Below, piece after piece: positions 19,133 to 27,980 of a stretch of DNA of 64,000 bases. Every line of letters begins with the position of its first letter. Position 1 is the stretch's first letter. Both the position numbers and the translations under genes were made by a program. Source of the DNA: Verrucomicrobiia bacterium (GTDB taxonomy: Bacteria > Verrucomicrobiota > Verrucomicrobiia > Limisphaerales > UBA1319); NCBI GenBank assembly GCA_963664225.1, contig OY760937.1, positions 960,001-1,024,000 of the forward strand, in the 5' to 3' direction. The notes below the pieces were generated by a model. It saw nothing but the letters and a program-made list of their open reading frames with translations, was not told the DNA's origin and did no database searches.

Positions 19133-19945
19133 TCAGGCGGTTTTGATCCAGGCGGCGATATCGCGCGCCACATCATCGGCGGACATATCCTTGACGATTT
19201 TGGTCTCGCGCATTTGTTTGGGCAGGGCGACGTTCAAATAAGCGCCTGGTTCCGCCGTCGTTTTTGCGGGTTTGGCCTTTTGGAGCGCCGGCATGATTCC
19301 CCGCATATTCGCCATTCCCACCTGCGGGTTGTTGCGCGGTTCCGGCAAATTCCCTGTGGCCCATCCGAGCACGGCGGGTGGACCCACGCACACGGAGACC
19401 TGATGTTTGGCCCCTTCAACCCGTTCGAGGATTTGCAGGCTGCCATCCGCGTTGACCGTTAATTGATCGACCCCTTGAAATTGATCGAGGATGCCCAGGC
19501 GTTCTCCGACGAGCGCAAGCGTGGTCCCCGTGCCGCGCGAGGCGGATTCCCAACCGCCGAAAAGGAGCAGCCGCGTGTGATCCAATCCGGGCGCGGCCTT
19601 GATTGCTTCGGCGAGCGCTGCGGAGGTTTCCCATGCTTCGGAGAAGCCGCTGGCCGAACCGTCGAGCACGATCAATTCGAAGGGCACCTTTTGGGCCACG
19701 GTCATCATGACCTGTTGCAGCTTGGCCTTTGGTCCCAGACTCACGAGCCAGACTTTGCTGCCCGGCGTATTCTTCGCAAGGTTCGCCGCCTCATACAGGG
19801 CGTGGCTGGCCCAGGGATCCAATACCGCCGGGAGCATCATTTCGTTCTTTAATCCGGGACCGGCAGGGGTGGTCACCGGCTCCAGAGTCTGGAGCGGATC
19901 GGGGACGATGCTGCCGCATACAACAATGTGATAACCGTTACTCAT
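19133..19945 (-). CDS. etfB: Electron transfer flavoprotein beta subunit (divergent)
   Basis: HIVVCGSIVPD, LDPWASHALYEA and EPRNN patterns; paired with etfA. Confidence 0.8.
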   Translation of the reverse strand: MSNGYHIVVCGSIVPDPLQTLEPVTTPAGPGLKNEMMLPAVLDPWASHALYEAANLAKNTPGSKVWLVSLGPKAKLQQVMMTVAQKVPFELIVLDGSASGFSEAWETSAALAEAIKAAPGLDHTRLLLFGGWESASRGTGTTLALVGERLGILDQFQGVDQLTVNADGSLQILERVEGAKHQVSVCVGPPAVLGWATGNLPEPRNNPQVGMANMRGIMPALQKAKPAKTTAEPGAYLNVALPKQMRETKIVKDMSADDVARDIAAWIKTA

Positions 19946-20147
19946 GCGGCCTCATTCATAGAGAAATCCAATGTCTGGTGCAAGTGTCAGGTACGCGCTT
20001 GGGAAAAAAGATTTGGCCGGGTCGGCACGGCCATGAGGTTCCAAACACCCGGTTATTCAGGGAATCTGGGGAAATAATAATGCCCGCGTTCCGGCGAAAT
20101 CTCGCAAGAACCGGGCAGGGAATCGATACCGTACCGACCGGGCGCGG

Positions 20148-20903
20148 TTACTTGACCATGTTCACCAAAGGCGACAGTCCTTGAATGCGCACTTCCAGGC
20201 GGTCGCCGGATTCGATCGGGCCAATGCCGCTGGGTGTGCCGGTCAGGATGATGTCTCCGGGCAGCAGTGTCATATTGGTCGAAACGAAACTCACCAGGTT
20301 GAAACAATTAAAGATCATCTGGCTGGTGTTCGAATTCTGGCGAAGCTGGCCATTTTGGAACAACTGGATGGTCAGATCATGCGGGTCGATCTTGGTTTCG
20401 ACGTAAGGCCCCAGAGGAGTGAAAGTGTCAAACGACTTGCAGCGCGCCCATTGGCCTTCGGCACTTTGAATGGTGCGGTCGCTGATATCCTGGGCGGCGG
20501 TATAGCCAAAAATGTAACGCGCGGCTGCGGCGGGAGTCACGTTGCGCACACGGCGGCCAATCACAATGACCAACTCGGCCTCGTAATCCACCCGATGATT
20601 CGTAAACGGAATCTCGATCTTGGCGCCATCGGCAATAAGCGATGTGGGAGCCTTCAGCCAGAAGAGCGGCTCCTTGGGGAGCGGCTTGCCGGTTTCACGG
20701 GCGTGGTCCGCGTAATTCAGCCCCACGGCGATGATTTTGGACGGTGCCACCGGGGTGAGTGTCTTCACGCCTTTTGAAGGAAGCGGCTTCTTCTCGTAGG
20801 ACGGAGACCCAAATGGATCTCCAATCAAACGGAAAAGCTCGCCATCGACAACCTTCGCATGGAAGATCTCGTCACCCTTTTGGAATCGGCCAATAGCTGC
20901 CAT
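20148..20903 (-). CDS. Fumarylacetoacetate hydrolase family protein
   Basis: VGLNYADH, VDYEAEL, KSFDTFTPLGP and GDIILTGTPSG. Confidence 0.92.
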   Translation of the reverse strand: MAAIGRFQKGDEIFHAKVVDGELFRLIGDPFGSPSYEKKPLPSKGVKTLTPVAPSKIIAVGLNYADHARETGKPLPKEPLFWLKAPTSLIADGAKIEIPFTNHRVDYEAELVIVIGRRVRNVTPAAAARYIFGYTAAQDISDRTIQSAEGQWARCKSFDTFTPLGPYVETKIDPHDLTIQLFQNGQLRQNSNTSQMIFNCFNLVSFVSTNMTLLPGDIILTGTPSGIGPIESGDRLEVRIQGLSPLVNMVK

Positions 20904-21032
20904 ATATTTGCGCTAATAATAACAACAAATTGCCAATGGTCGCAAGCTTAAAGTCAGGAATCGAAAACCAAAAATCGTAGAGACCACATCGTCGGACTCG
21001 ACTTATGCCGTTGCCTGTGTAGTCTTTGGCCC

Positions 21033-22355
21033 ATGTCTGAGCCGTCACAATTCGCACCCTTTGCGCCGGTATTGGGTCTTTTGCTGGGATTGCTCTGCCT
21101 CATGGCGGCCATGCGCGCGGGCAAACGCCGCCGTTTGGTCGATAATCTGCCCACTTCCAGAACGACAGGCGTTTTTATCGGGCTGGTGGAGCTCAAGGGC
21201 ACTGCGGAGGCCGAACAACCACTGGTCAGCTATCTTGCCGGCCAGCCTTGTGTGCAATACGCGTGGTCCGTTCAGGAGCATTGGTCCCGGACCGTCACCG
21301 AGACCTATACGGACAGCAATGGAAAAACCCAGACGCGCACGCGGCATGAGAGCGGTTGGACGACGGTGGCCAGCGGTGGCGAGATGATTCCCTTTTTTCT
21401 GAAGGACACGGAGGGCGTGATTCGCATTTTGCCCATGGGCGCCAATTTGCAGCCGCTGGGAATCTTTGACACCACCTGTGGATTGGGGGACGCCCTTTAT
21501 TACGGGAAAGGCCCTCAAGGAGCCGTGTCGAATTCAGATTTTCGCCGACGTTTTTGTGAAACCGGCATTCCCTTGCACACCCCTCTTTACGTGATGGGAC
21601 AGGCGCGCGAGCGGGACGACATCGTGGCGGCCGAGATTGCCGAGGATAAAAATGCCCCCATGTTTCTGATTTCGACAAAATCCGAAGAGCAGGTCAGCTC
21701 CGGGTTTGCATGGGCGTACATCGGCTGGGGAATTCTGGGCGGAATTCTCGGATTGGCGGGAATTTTTGCGCGGGAACGCATGCTCAACGTCGAATCGCCC
21801 GTTGTGCTGGCCTATGCGCTGGTGGCGTGCGGTTACGCAATGGCCTGGTTTCTGGCGTGGGTTTGGATGGTTTACAACAGCATGGTGGATCTGCGCCAGC
21901 GGGTGAATCAGGGATGGTCGCAGGTCGATGTCCAACTCAAACGCCGGCACGATTTGATCCCCAATCTGGTGCAAACGATCCAGGGTTTGCGGGATTACGA
22001 ACAAAACCTGCAGGTCGAGTTGGCTGCCCTTCGGGCCCAGAGCACGGCGACTCCGCCCGGGGAGCCGGGACCGGATTATCGCGCCTGTTCGCAAACTTTG
22101 GTGGCCATTGCGGAGAAATATCCGCAGATCAAGGCCCAGGAATCGTTTTTAAACCTGCAAAAGAATCTGGCGGATACAGAGCAAAGAATTGCGCTGGCGC
22201 GAGGCTATTTCAACGCCATCGCCACTTTTTACAATACCCGGTTGGAAATCGTTCCCGACCGTTTCATTGCGGTCCTTGCGGGAATGAAGCCCCAGGCCCT
22301 GATGGCGGCCAATGAATTCGAGCGCGCCCCCGTCGTCGTTGAACTGGCCTCGTGA
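21033..22355 (+). CDS. GIDE-domain / LemA fusion membrane protein
   Basis: N-terminal TM and PTSRT..VFIGLVELKG...PFFLKD.EG GIDE-like region, two TMs, then the LemA signature YNSMVDLRQRVNQGWSQVDVQLKRRHDLIPNLV. Confidence 0.78.
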   Translation: MSEPSQFAPFAPVLGLLLGLLCLMAAMRAGKRRRLVDNLPTSRTTGVFIGLVELKGTAEAEQPLVSYLAGQPCVQYAWSVQEHWSRTVTETYTDSNGKTQTRTRHESGWTTVASGGEMIPFFLKDTEGVIRILPMGANLQPLGIFDTTCGLGDALYYGKGPQGAVSNSDFRRRFCETGIPLHTPLYVMGQARERDDIVAAEIAEDKNAPMFLISTKSEEQVSSGFAWAYIGWGILGGILGLAGIFARERMLNVESPVVLAYALVACGYAMAWFLAWVWMVYNSMVDLRQRVNQGWSQVDVQLKRRHDLIPNLVQTIQGLRDYEQNLQVELAALRAQSTATPPGEPGPDYRACSQTLVAIAEKYPQIKAQESFLNLQKNLADTEQRIALARGYFNAIATFYNTRLEIVPDRFIAVLAGMKPQALMAANEFERAPVVVELAS

Positions 22356-22400
22356 CCTGCCATCAAATCACAAGGCCTGGCATTTCGTTGTCTGAGCCGT

Positions 22401-23843
22401 TTAAACCTTTTCAGGCACGACAAAAGGCGGACGATAGATGCGGGTCAGCATCTCGTTGGCCTTGTCGTTCTCGATGAATCGCTCGGTTTTTGGATCCATT
22501 TTCAGAACAACGCCCAGGGTCCCCTTGGTTTTGGTCAGGTCCACCCCATTAGCCTGGAGATGTTCGTGGCAGCGTTCCGCAGTCTCCATGGCGTCAGGAT
22601 CGGATTGCAGCGCTTCGCGAATTTCATCCGGCTCTTTTTGTGCGCCGAGTCGATACGAAATATTTCCCGTGTGGCACAGCGCGCTGGAAAGATGGCCTTC
22701 AAGAATGTCGGCGTTCAGGTCGGTATGCTTCCGGCTGCGAATGGCCTTGATCCAATTCTCGAAATGGTCACCGCCCGCATCAAACGACTTGATGACCTTT
22801 CCGTCGTTGTCGAAGGCCTTTCCGGCGGAGTAGCTGGTGATGACCATGTAGCCGTCTTCGCAATGCACCACCAGACCGATGCTCGCGCCCCGGTATTCAT
22901 CCATTTTTGCATCGGTGGTGCTGCGGGGCAAACCACGCACCTCGAAGATCAGCTTTGCCTTTTCATACTCGTGAAACATGAACATCGTGTTGGGCGTTTC
23001 ACCATCATCCTCGTATCCCAGGCGACCGCCCACACTGAAGATGCGGGGCGAAAGCTCGTTGACCTGGAGCGCCCAACGCGCGAGGTCCATTTGGTGGATC
23101 CCCTGGTTGCCCAAATCCCCGCAGCCGGTGGGCCAGACCCAATGCCAATCGTAGTGGAGTCTTTTGCGGTGCAGCGGTGTCATCGGCGCCGGACCGGTCC
23201 AAAGATCGTAATCGACGGAGGCGGGAACGGGTTGTGGTCCCTCGGTCTTGCCAATACTGGCACGCCGTTTGTAGCACAAGCCGCGGGCTATTTTGACTTT
23301 CCCCAATTTGCCATCGTGCAGGTATTGCATCATTTCGCGCATGCCTTCCGTGGACCGGCACTGAGTTCCCGTTTGGACAATGCGATTGTATTTGCGGGCG
23401 GCCTCCACAATCCTGCGTCCTTCAGAGACATTGTGAGAAACGGGTTTTTCCACATAGACGTCCTTGCCCGCCTGGCAGGCCCAGATGGAAATAAGCGCAT
23501 GCCAGTGGTTGGGCGTGGCCGTGCTGATGGCGTCGATATTTTTGTTTTCCAGCAGCTTGCGGATGTCGGTGTAGGCCTCGACCTTGATGCCCTTGGCATC
23601 CAATTGCTTGACGTTCTTATCCAGGACATCCTTGTCCACATCGCATAGGGCGACGAGCCGGACGCCTTTGAGCTTGGTCAAACTGGCGATGTGACCTGCC
23701 CCCTGGGCATTAAAACCGACGACCGCCACGCGAATATCATCATTGGCGCCCCGCGTCTGGGACCAGGAGGGCAGGGGCAGGGCGAGGCTGGCGCTGGCGG
23801 CAAGCGACGTTTTTAAGAAACCGCGGCGTGAGAGGATTTGCAT
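22401..23843 (-). CDS. Tat-exported Gfo/Idh/MocA oxidoreductase
   Basis: SRRGFLK, ATPNHWH, YVEKP, TGTQCRS and NQGIHQMD. Confidence 0.92.
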   Translation of the reverse strand: MQILSRRGFLKTSLAASASLALPLPSWSQTRGANDDIRVAVVGFNAQGAGHIASLTKLKGVRLVALCDVDKDVLDKNVKQLDAKGIKVEAYTDIRKLLENKNIDAISTATPNHWHALISIWACQAGKDVYVEKPVSHNVSEGRRIVEAARKYNRIVQTGTQCRSTEGMREMMQYLHDGKLGKVKIARGLCYKRRASIGKTEGPQPVPASVDYDLWTGPAPMTPLHRKRLHYDWHWVWPTGCGDLGNQGIHQMDLARWALQVNELSPRIFSVGGRLGYEDDGETPNTMFMFHEYEKAKLIFEVRGLPRSTTDAKMDEYRGASIGLVVHCEDGYMVITSYSAGKAFDNDGKVIKSFDAGGDHFENWIKAIRSRKHTDLNADILEGHLSSALCHTGNISYRLGAQKEPDEIREALQSDPDAMETAERCHEHLQANGVDLTKTKGTLGVVLKMDPKTERFIENDKANEMLTRIYRPPFVVPEKV

Positions 23844-23880
23844 ATCATTAAAGGGTTAAGCTACTGAGTTAAGCGACAAA

Positions 23881-24849
23881 TTATTTGGTGTATTCCCGAT
23901 ACAGACCGGCAATGTCGGAGTCCTTTTCATTGCCCATGTGGAAGATCAGGCGATAGCGAAACGTGACGCTTTGACCCGAGGGAATCTTTAAATCGCCTGC
24001 GCCAACCGGTTTCTTCTCAAAATCATGAAGGCCGAAGGGATTCGCGGCGAAAAGGCCGTAATCACGCACATGCCACGTCGTGGGATAACGCGGATTCTTC
24101 GGATGATCGAAGAACGCCACACCCACAGTTTCATTGTTCACCGGACCGTAATAGTCGCACCAGGCGGCGCGTTTGCCCCAGGTGTCCCCATCCTTTTGCC
24201 CGGCGCTGTTGATGATGTGCCCCTTGCCCGTTTTGCCGGTCAAACGCATCGTTTCCGCCAGGCGTATCCCCATCGAGCCTTCCTTGGTGTCACCAAAGAC
24301 CACATCGCCCTCCGAGGCTTTGATCGTGATCTCAAAATCGATCCAGCGCAGCTTGTCGCTGTTTCCGATGCGCACCACGCGATCTTCTGTGCAAACCGTT
24401 TTTCCAGCGGGGCCAACCCATTTAATCGCCTCCTTAAAGGAACCTTCCTTGGAACCCGACTCGATATCGGTGAACTTTTCATGAACGATGAGGCCCAGGT
24501 CCGGACCCTCATCCGCCCAGAAATTGACTTTGTTCACCTCACCATGGGAGTACCAGAGGGATTTGTGATGGGGATGGTCGTGCTCCTCGCCTTCGGGGCT
24601 TTTCATCGGCCAGTTGCGCGTCATGGCCTGGCCGCCCGGCCCGATGATCGGATACATGTACGGGCGTCGGTCCCCTTGATAGACATAATCCGAGAAAAGT
24701 TGGCCGCCGATTTCAATGCGGAGCCGGTCCTTCTGATCGGTGATTTTAACATCCTGAGCGGGGAGGGGATTTGCGGCCTGCAGCAGGCTTGAGCCCAAGG
24801 CCAGCCAGAGCAACACGCCGCATGAGATGGTTTTTACATGCCGGGTCAT
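23881..24849 (-). CDS. Secreted DUF6807 (PmoA-like annotated) family protein
   Basis: Signal peptide; DHPHHKSLW, GDTKEG and WHVRDYGLFAANPFG motifs; co-oriented with a Gfo/Idh/MocA gene. Confidence 0.8.
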   Translation of the reverse strand: MTRHVKTISCGVLLWLALGSSLLQAANPLPAQDVKITDQKDRLRIEIGGQLFSDYVYQGDRRPYMYPIIGPGGQAMTRNWPMKSPEGEEHDHPHHKSLWYSHGEVNKVNFWADEGPDLGLIVHEKFTDIESGSKEGSFKEAIKWVGPAGKTVCTEDRVVRIGNSDKLRWIDFEITIKASEGDVVFGDTKEGSMGIRLAETMRLTGKTGKGHIINSAGQKDGDTWGKRAAWCDYYGPVNNETVGVAFFDHPKNPRYPTTWHVRDYGLFAANPFGLHDFEKKPVGAGDLKIPSGQSVTFRYRLIFHMGNEKDSDIAGLYREYTK

Positions 24850-25071
24850 GGCTTTGGATTATGCGTTTTAACCCCGCGCAGTCAAAAGGAATTCGCGTGG
24901 AATTTTGGGCCCGCGACCGTGGAATAGCTTGAACCCGCCGCCGTATCTGGTAGGAACATGGCGTATTGCATTATATAAATGTCATGTTATGAGAATCCTT
25001 TTTGCCAGGGCCAATAACCAATTTGCCTCGATGCGCGCCGCATTAAGCCGTCATTCCCTGCCGGTAACGCC

Positions 25072-25953
25072 GTGAAACGTAACTCCCTTCATGCCTGGTT
25101 CCTGGCGGCGCGTCCCAAAACGCTCGCCGCCGGTTCGGTCCCGGTGATCGCGGCCTCTGGATTGGCAGCGCATTTCGGACATTTTCAGCTAGTGCCTGCA
25201 GTGCTCTGCCTGATGTTTGCACTGCTCGCCCAGATTGCCTCCAATTTCAGCAACGACTATTTCGATTTCATCAAAAAGACCGATAACGAAAATCGGTTGG
25301 GGCCGGCACGGGCCGTTGCTTCTGGTTGGATCGAACCCGGGAAAATGCTGATGGGCACGATCTTGACCATTGGTCTGGCCTGCCTCTTTGGACTGGGACT
25401 CGTCTATTACGGTGGATGGGCCATGCTCCTGGTCGGCCTCGCCTGCGTGCTGGCTCTCCTGGCCTATACCGCCGGTCCCTGGCCTTTGGCCTACAACGGC
25501 TTGGGGGACCTGTTCGTCCTGGTGTTTTTTGGGATTGTAGCGGTGGTGTTTTCCTTCTTCGTGCAGACACTCACCTTCAAGCCGCTCGTTTTCGTGGCCG
25601 GTTTCATTATTGGCCTGCCTGCCGTGAACATTCTGGTGCTCAATAATTACCGCGACCGGGAAAACGACAGGGCCTGCCACAAACGCACCACCATCGTGAT
25701 CTTCGGGGAGGCGTTCGGACGGTGGTTCTACCTGTTGAACGGCCTGGCGGCGTGCCTGCTATGTCTGTTTTTCATAAGGGAATCGCTTTGGGCGGCGCTG
25801 CTGCCCTTCCTATACCTGCTGCCGCACTACAAAACCTGGCGTAAAATCTGCGCGATTCGGGAAGGCAAGGCATTAAACAACCTCCTGGGCGAAACCTCCC
25901 GAAATCTCCTGATAATCGGACTGTTGCTTACGGCTGGTTTGTTATGGGAGTAA
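25072..25953 (+). CDS. menA: 1,4-dihydroxy-2-naphthoate octaprenyltransferase
   Basis: AARPKTL, NFSNDYFD, YNGLGD and NNYRDRENDRACHKRT UbiA-family motifs. Confidence 0.92.
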   Translation: MKRNSLHAWFLAARPKTLAAGSVPVIAASGLAAHFGHFQLVPAVLCLMFALLAQIASNFSNDYFDFIKKTDNENRLGPARAVASGWIEPGKMLMGTILTIGLACLFGLGLVYYGGWAMLLVGLACVLALLAYTAGPWPLAYNGLGDLFVLVFFGIVAVVFSFFVQTLTFKPLVFVAGFIIGLPAVNILVLNNYRDRENDRACHKRTTIVIFGEAFGRWFYLLNGLAACLLCLFFIRESLWAALLPFLYLLPHYKTWRKICAIREGKALNNLLGETSRNLLIIGLLLTAGLLWE

Positions 25954-26121
25954 GACAAAAATCTTCAGCGCCAGGAGAAAGCCATTAAAAGCGGATGGAA
26001 ATATATACGTAACGATTGTACCAGGAATTTAACGATGGTTGTTGGTCGGAAACCGGACGCTGCACGAGGGTGCGTGGCATACAACATATTCAGGCGCATC
26101 ATCTTGTAGGCCAGGTGCCCT
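25950..26121. repeat. Copy 2 of the ~171-bp dispersed element; overlaps the menA stop codon and ends in a half REP
   Basis: About 88% identical to 16033-16203 by manual alignment. Confidence 0.92.
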
Positions 26122-26225
26122 GATATGCCGTCCCAGGGATTGGAGTTCTAGCTTCCACCGAACAGACCATCGCTTTATCCGGCGTTTTCACATGTAGTCC
26201 CGACGCCCCCATCGTGCGGCAGCAG

Positions 26226-26270
26226 GTAGCGCAGGTTGCTAACCTGCTGTAGCGCAGATTGCCAATCTGC
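26226..26270 (+). repeat. Tandem GTAG-type REP hairpins (GTAGC-GCAGGTT-GCT-AACCTGC and GTAGC-GCAGATT-GCC-AATCTGC)
   Basis: Two 7-bp perfect stems with a compensatory G-C to A-T change, each preceded by GTAG. Confidence 0.8.
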
Positions 26271-26418
26271 AAGCATTGAAATCCATCCATGGTCCTCAAT
26301 TGAAGTGGCCCGGATCTCCAACTTCACCCGACCAGGCCATCGCATCGCAGAGGCGTTGGAAGTCGAACATCCCTTCGAAAATTAAAGTCGCCCCTACGTG
26401 CGCCACCCATCCTCCGGG

Positions 26419-26512
26419 CAACCCGGAATGGGTTGCATCACTCAGTCCCGGGTTGGCCGCCGAGGACTACCCGGGGTCCCTGTCCATCAGAATTCCAACG
26501 CTGTAAGCGTTG
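26419..26512. repeat. Cluster of three short palindromes (REP-like extragenic element)
   Basis: CAACCC-N5-GGGTTG (26419-26435), CCCGGGT...ACCCGGG (26447-26475) and CAACGC-N5-GCGTTG (26496-26512). Confidence 0.65.
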
Positions 26513-26514
26513 AA

Positions 26515-26652
26515 TCAAATTCTTTTCCCGTCTTGCTCATCCAAAACCGTCCAATACGCATCGCGCACGACCTCGCTGGAGTCGGCGTATCCGCCAACTC
26601 GAACTTTCTGAGCGATGAAGCGCTCCAGGTCTTTTGTCAATGTCACTTGCAT
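26515..26652 (-). pseudogene. ParD-like ribbon-helix-helix antitoxin, truncated/orphan (45 aa)
   Basis: Below the track length cutoff. Manual translation: MQVTLTKDLERFIAQKVRVGGYADSSEVVRDAYWTVLDEQDGKRI. The CC2985/ParD pattern holds up to SEVVRDA and then diverges; no toxin follows. Confidence 0.7.
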
Positions 26653-26699
26653 GACTGTTTTTTCCCGGGTGGTCTGCCTGATGTCAACCGGCTGAATTT

Positions 26700-27953
26700 C
26701 TATTTAGCCTGGACCAGACTGGGCATTGCCCACAACTCCTTGATCGTCGTCTCCGTATTGGAACCTTCGGGACAGGCGGCGCTGCGGGTGTTAGCCCAGT
26801 ACCAACGGGGCGCGCCCGGGGTGCCCGGGGTGATCACGCGGCTGCCCGGCATCTGCAGAAATCCATTGGTATCGTTCTTTCTGACCCAGTCCCACGCATA
26901 ACGCAGCCATTCATTGCGCTTGGCCTCCGGCTGAAGCGCGAACCAGGTGATTTCATCCCAGCCCCAGACAAAGTATGCTTTGCTGGGTTTGCCTGGATTG
27001 CTGCAACCGAAATTATCGAATTCAACGATGTATGGCAGATTCTTGCAGGACCAGCCACTGGGCGTGATGCCGCCTTTGCTCCTGAGGTAGATGGAATCCA
27101 CGTTGCCAACCTTGAGCACACCTTCGAACGGTTTATCGTCAACTTCGGCAATGCGCATGGGGAAGGAATGAAAATCGAAGAGCAATTTTTCTCCGAACAA
27201 ATAACCGCCGGTCGGCACATGGGCATCGCACACCAGGAAATGTCGGCGGGCATGTTGATGCGCGTAGGTTCGCACGTGGCTGAGCATGTCCCACCAATGC
27301 GCGTGGTCCTTGTCATTCCAATCCATGAGCCCCACCTGACCGAAATGGATGGCCTCGATTCCCGCGTCGATATAACTGGTCGCAAGGTGATAAAACCACA
27401 TGCGCGTCTCCAACCGGCTCATGTCCGGCACAGAGGAATCCTTGCCCCAGTGGTTCACCTGTCGTCCGTCCGCATAGATCATTTGGTCGTATTGGAAATT
27501 GCGATTGGTCACCGGCTGACCGAACGCAAGAAACACGCGTTCGGGAATGGTCTGGGTCTCCACGTTTTTGGTGATAATCTCGAACGCCCCTCCCTGCAGG
27601 ACGATGTCCGGATCGGCCTTGTGCAGCAGCTCCGCATAGGGCTTCGCAGTCTGCAAAAAGATGGGAAGGTTCTGCTCCCGGCCCCAGAGCAGGAATGCGC
27701 GCCCCACGAATTTGGCCTTGGTATTGAGAAGAAAACGGATGTTGTCGCGCGGATCCACTCCACGGCTGTTACGCGGTTTGGTCAAATCATCATGCAAAAG
27801 CTCTGTAAAGGAAATGGAGCGGGAGAGATAATTTTCCAGAACCACCCGGGTCATGCAGGAATCAAATTTAAAATCCTGTGAAAACCCCTGGATGCTCCAG
27901 AGCAACCACACCGCAATCATTAAACCCAATCGGATGATTTTCATTCGTTTCAT
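26700..27953 (-). CDS. Secreted hypothetical protein, possibly a glycoside-hydrolase-like TIM barrel
   Basis: Signal peptide; aromatic-rich; YIDAGIEAIHFGQV and YIVEFDNFG motifs; family not recognised. Confidence 0.7.
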   Translation of the reverse strand: MKRMKIIRLGLMIAVWLLWSIQGFSQDFKFDSCMTRVVLENYLSRSISFTELLHDDLTKPRNSRGVDPRDNIRFLLNTKAKFVGRAFLLWGREQNLPIFLQTAKPYAELLHKADPDIVLQGGAFEIITKNVETQTIPERVFLAFGQPVTNRNFQYDQMIYADGRQVNHWGKDSSVPDMSRLETRMWFYHLATSYIDAGIEAIHFGQVGLMDWNDKDHAHWWDMLSHVRTYAHQHARRHFLVCDAHVPTGGYLFGEKLLFDFHSFPMRIAEVDDKPFEGVLKVGNVDSIYLRSKGGITPSGWSCKNLPYIVEFDNFGCSNPGKPSKAYFVWGWDEITWFALQPEAKRNEWLRYAWDWVRKNDTNGFLQMPGSRVITPGTPGAPRWYWANTRSAACPEGSNTETTIKELWAMPSLVQAK

Positions 27954-27980
27954 GGCAATCTGGAGTTGTTTGTCGGGTAA

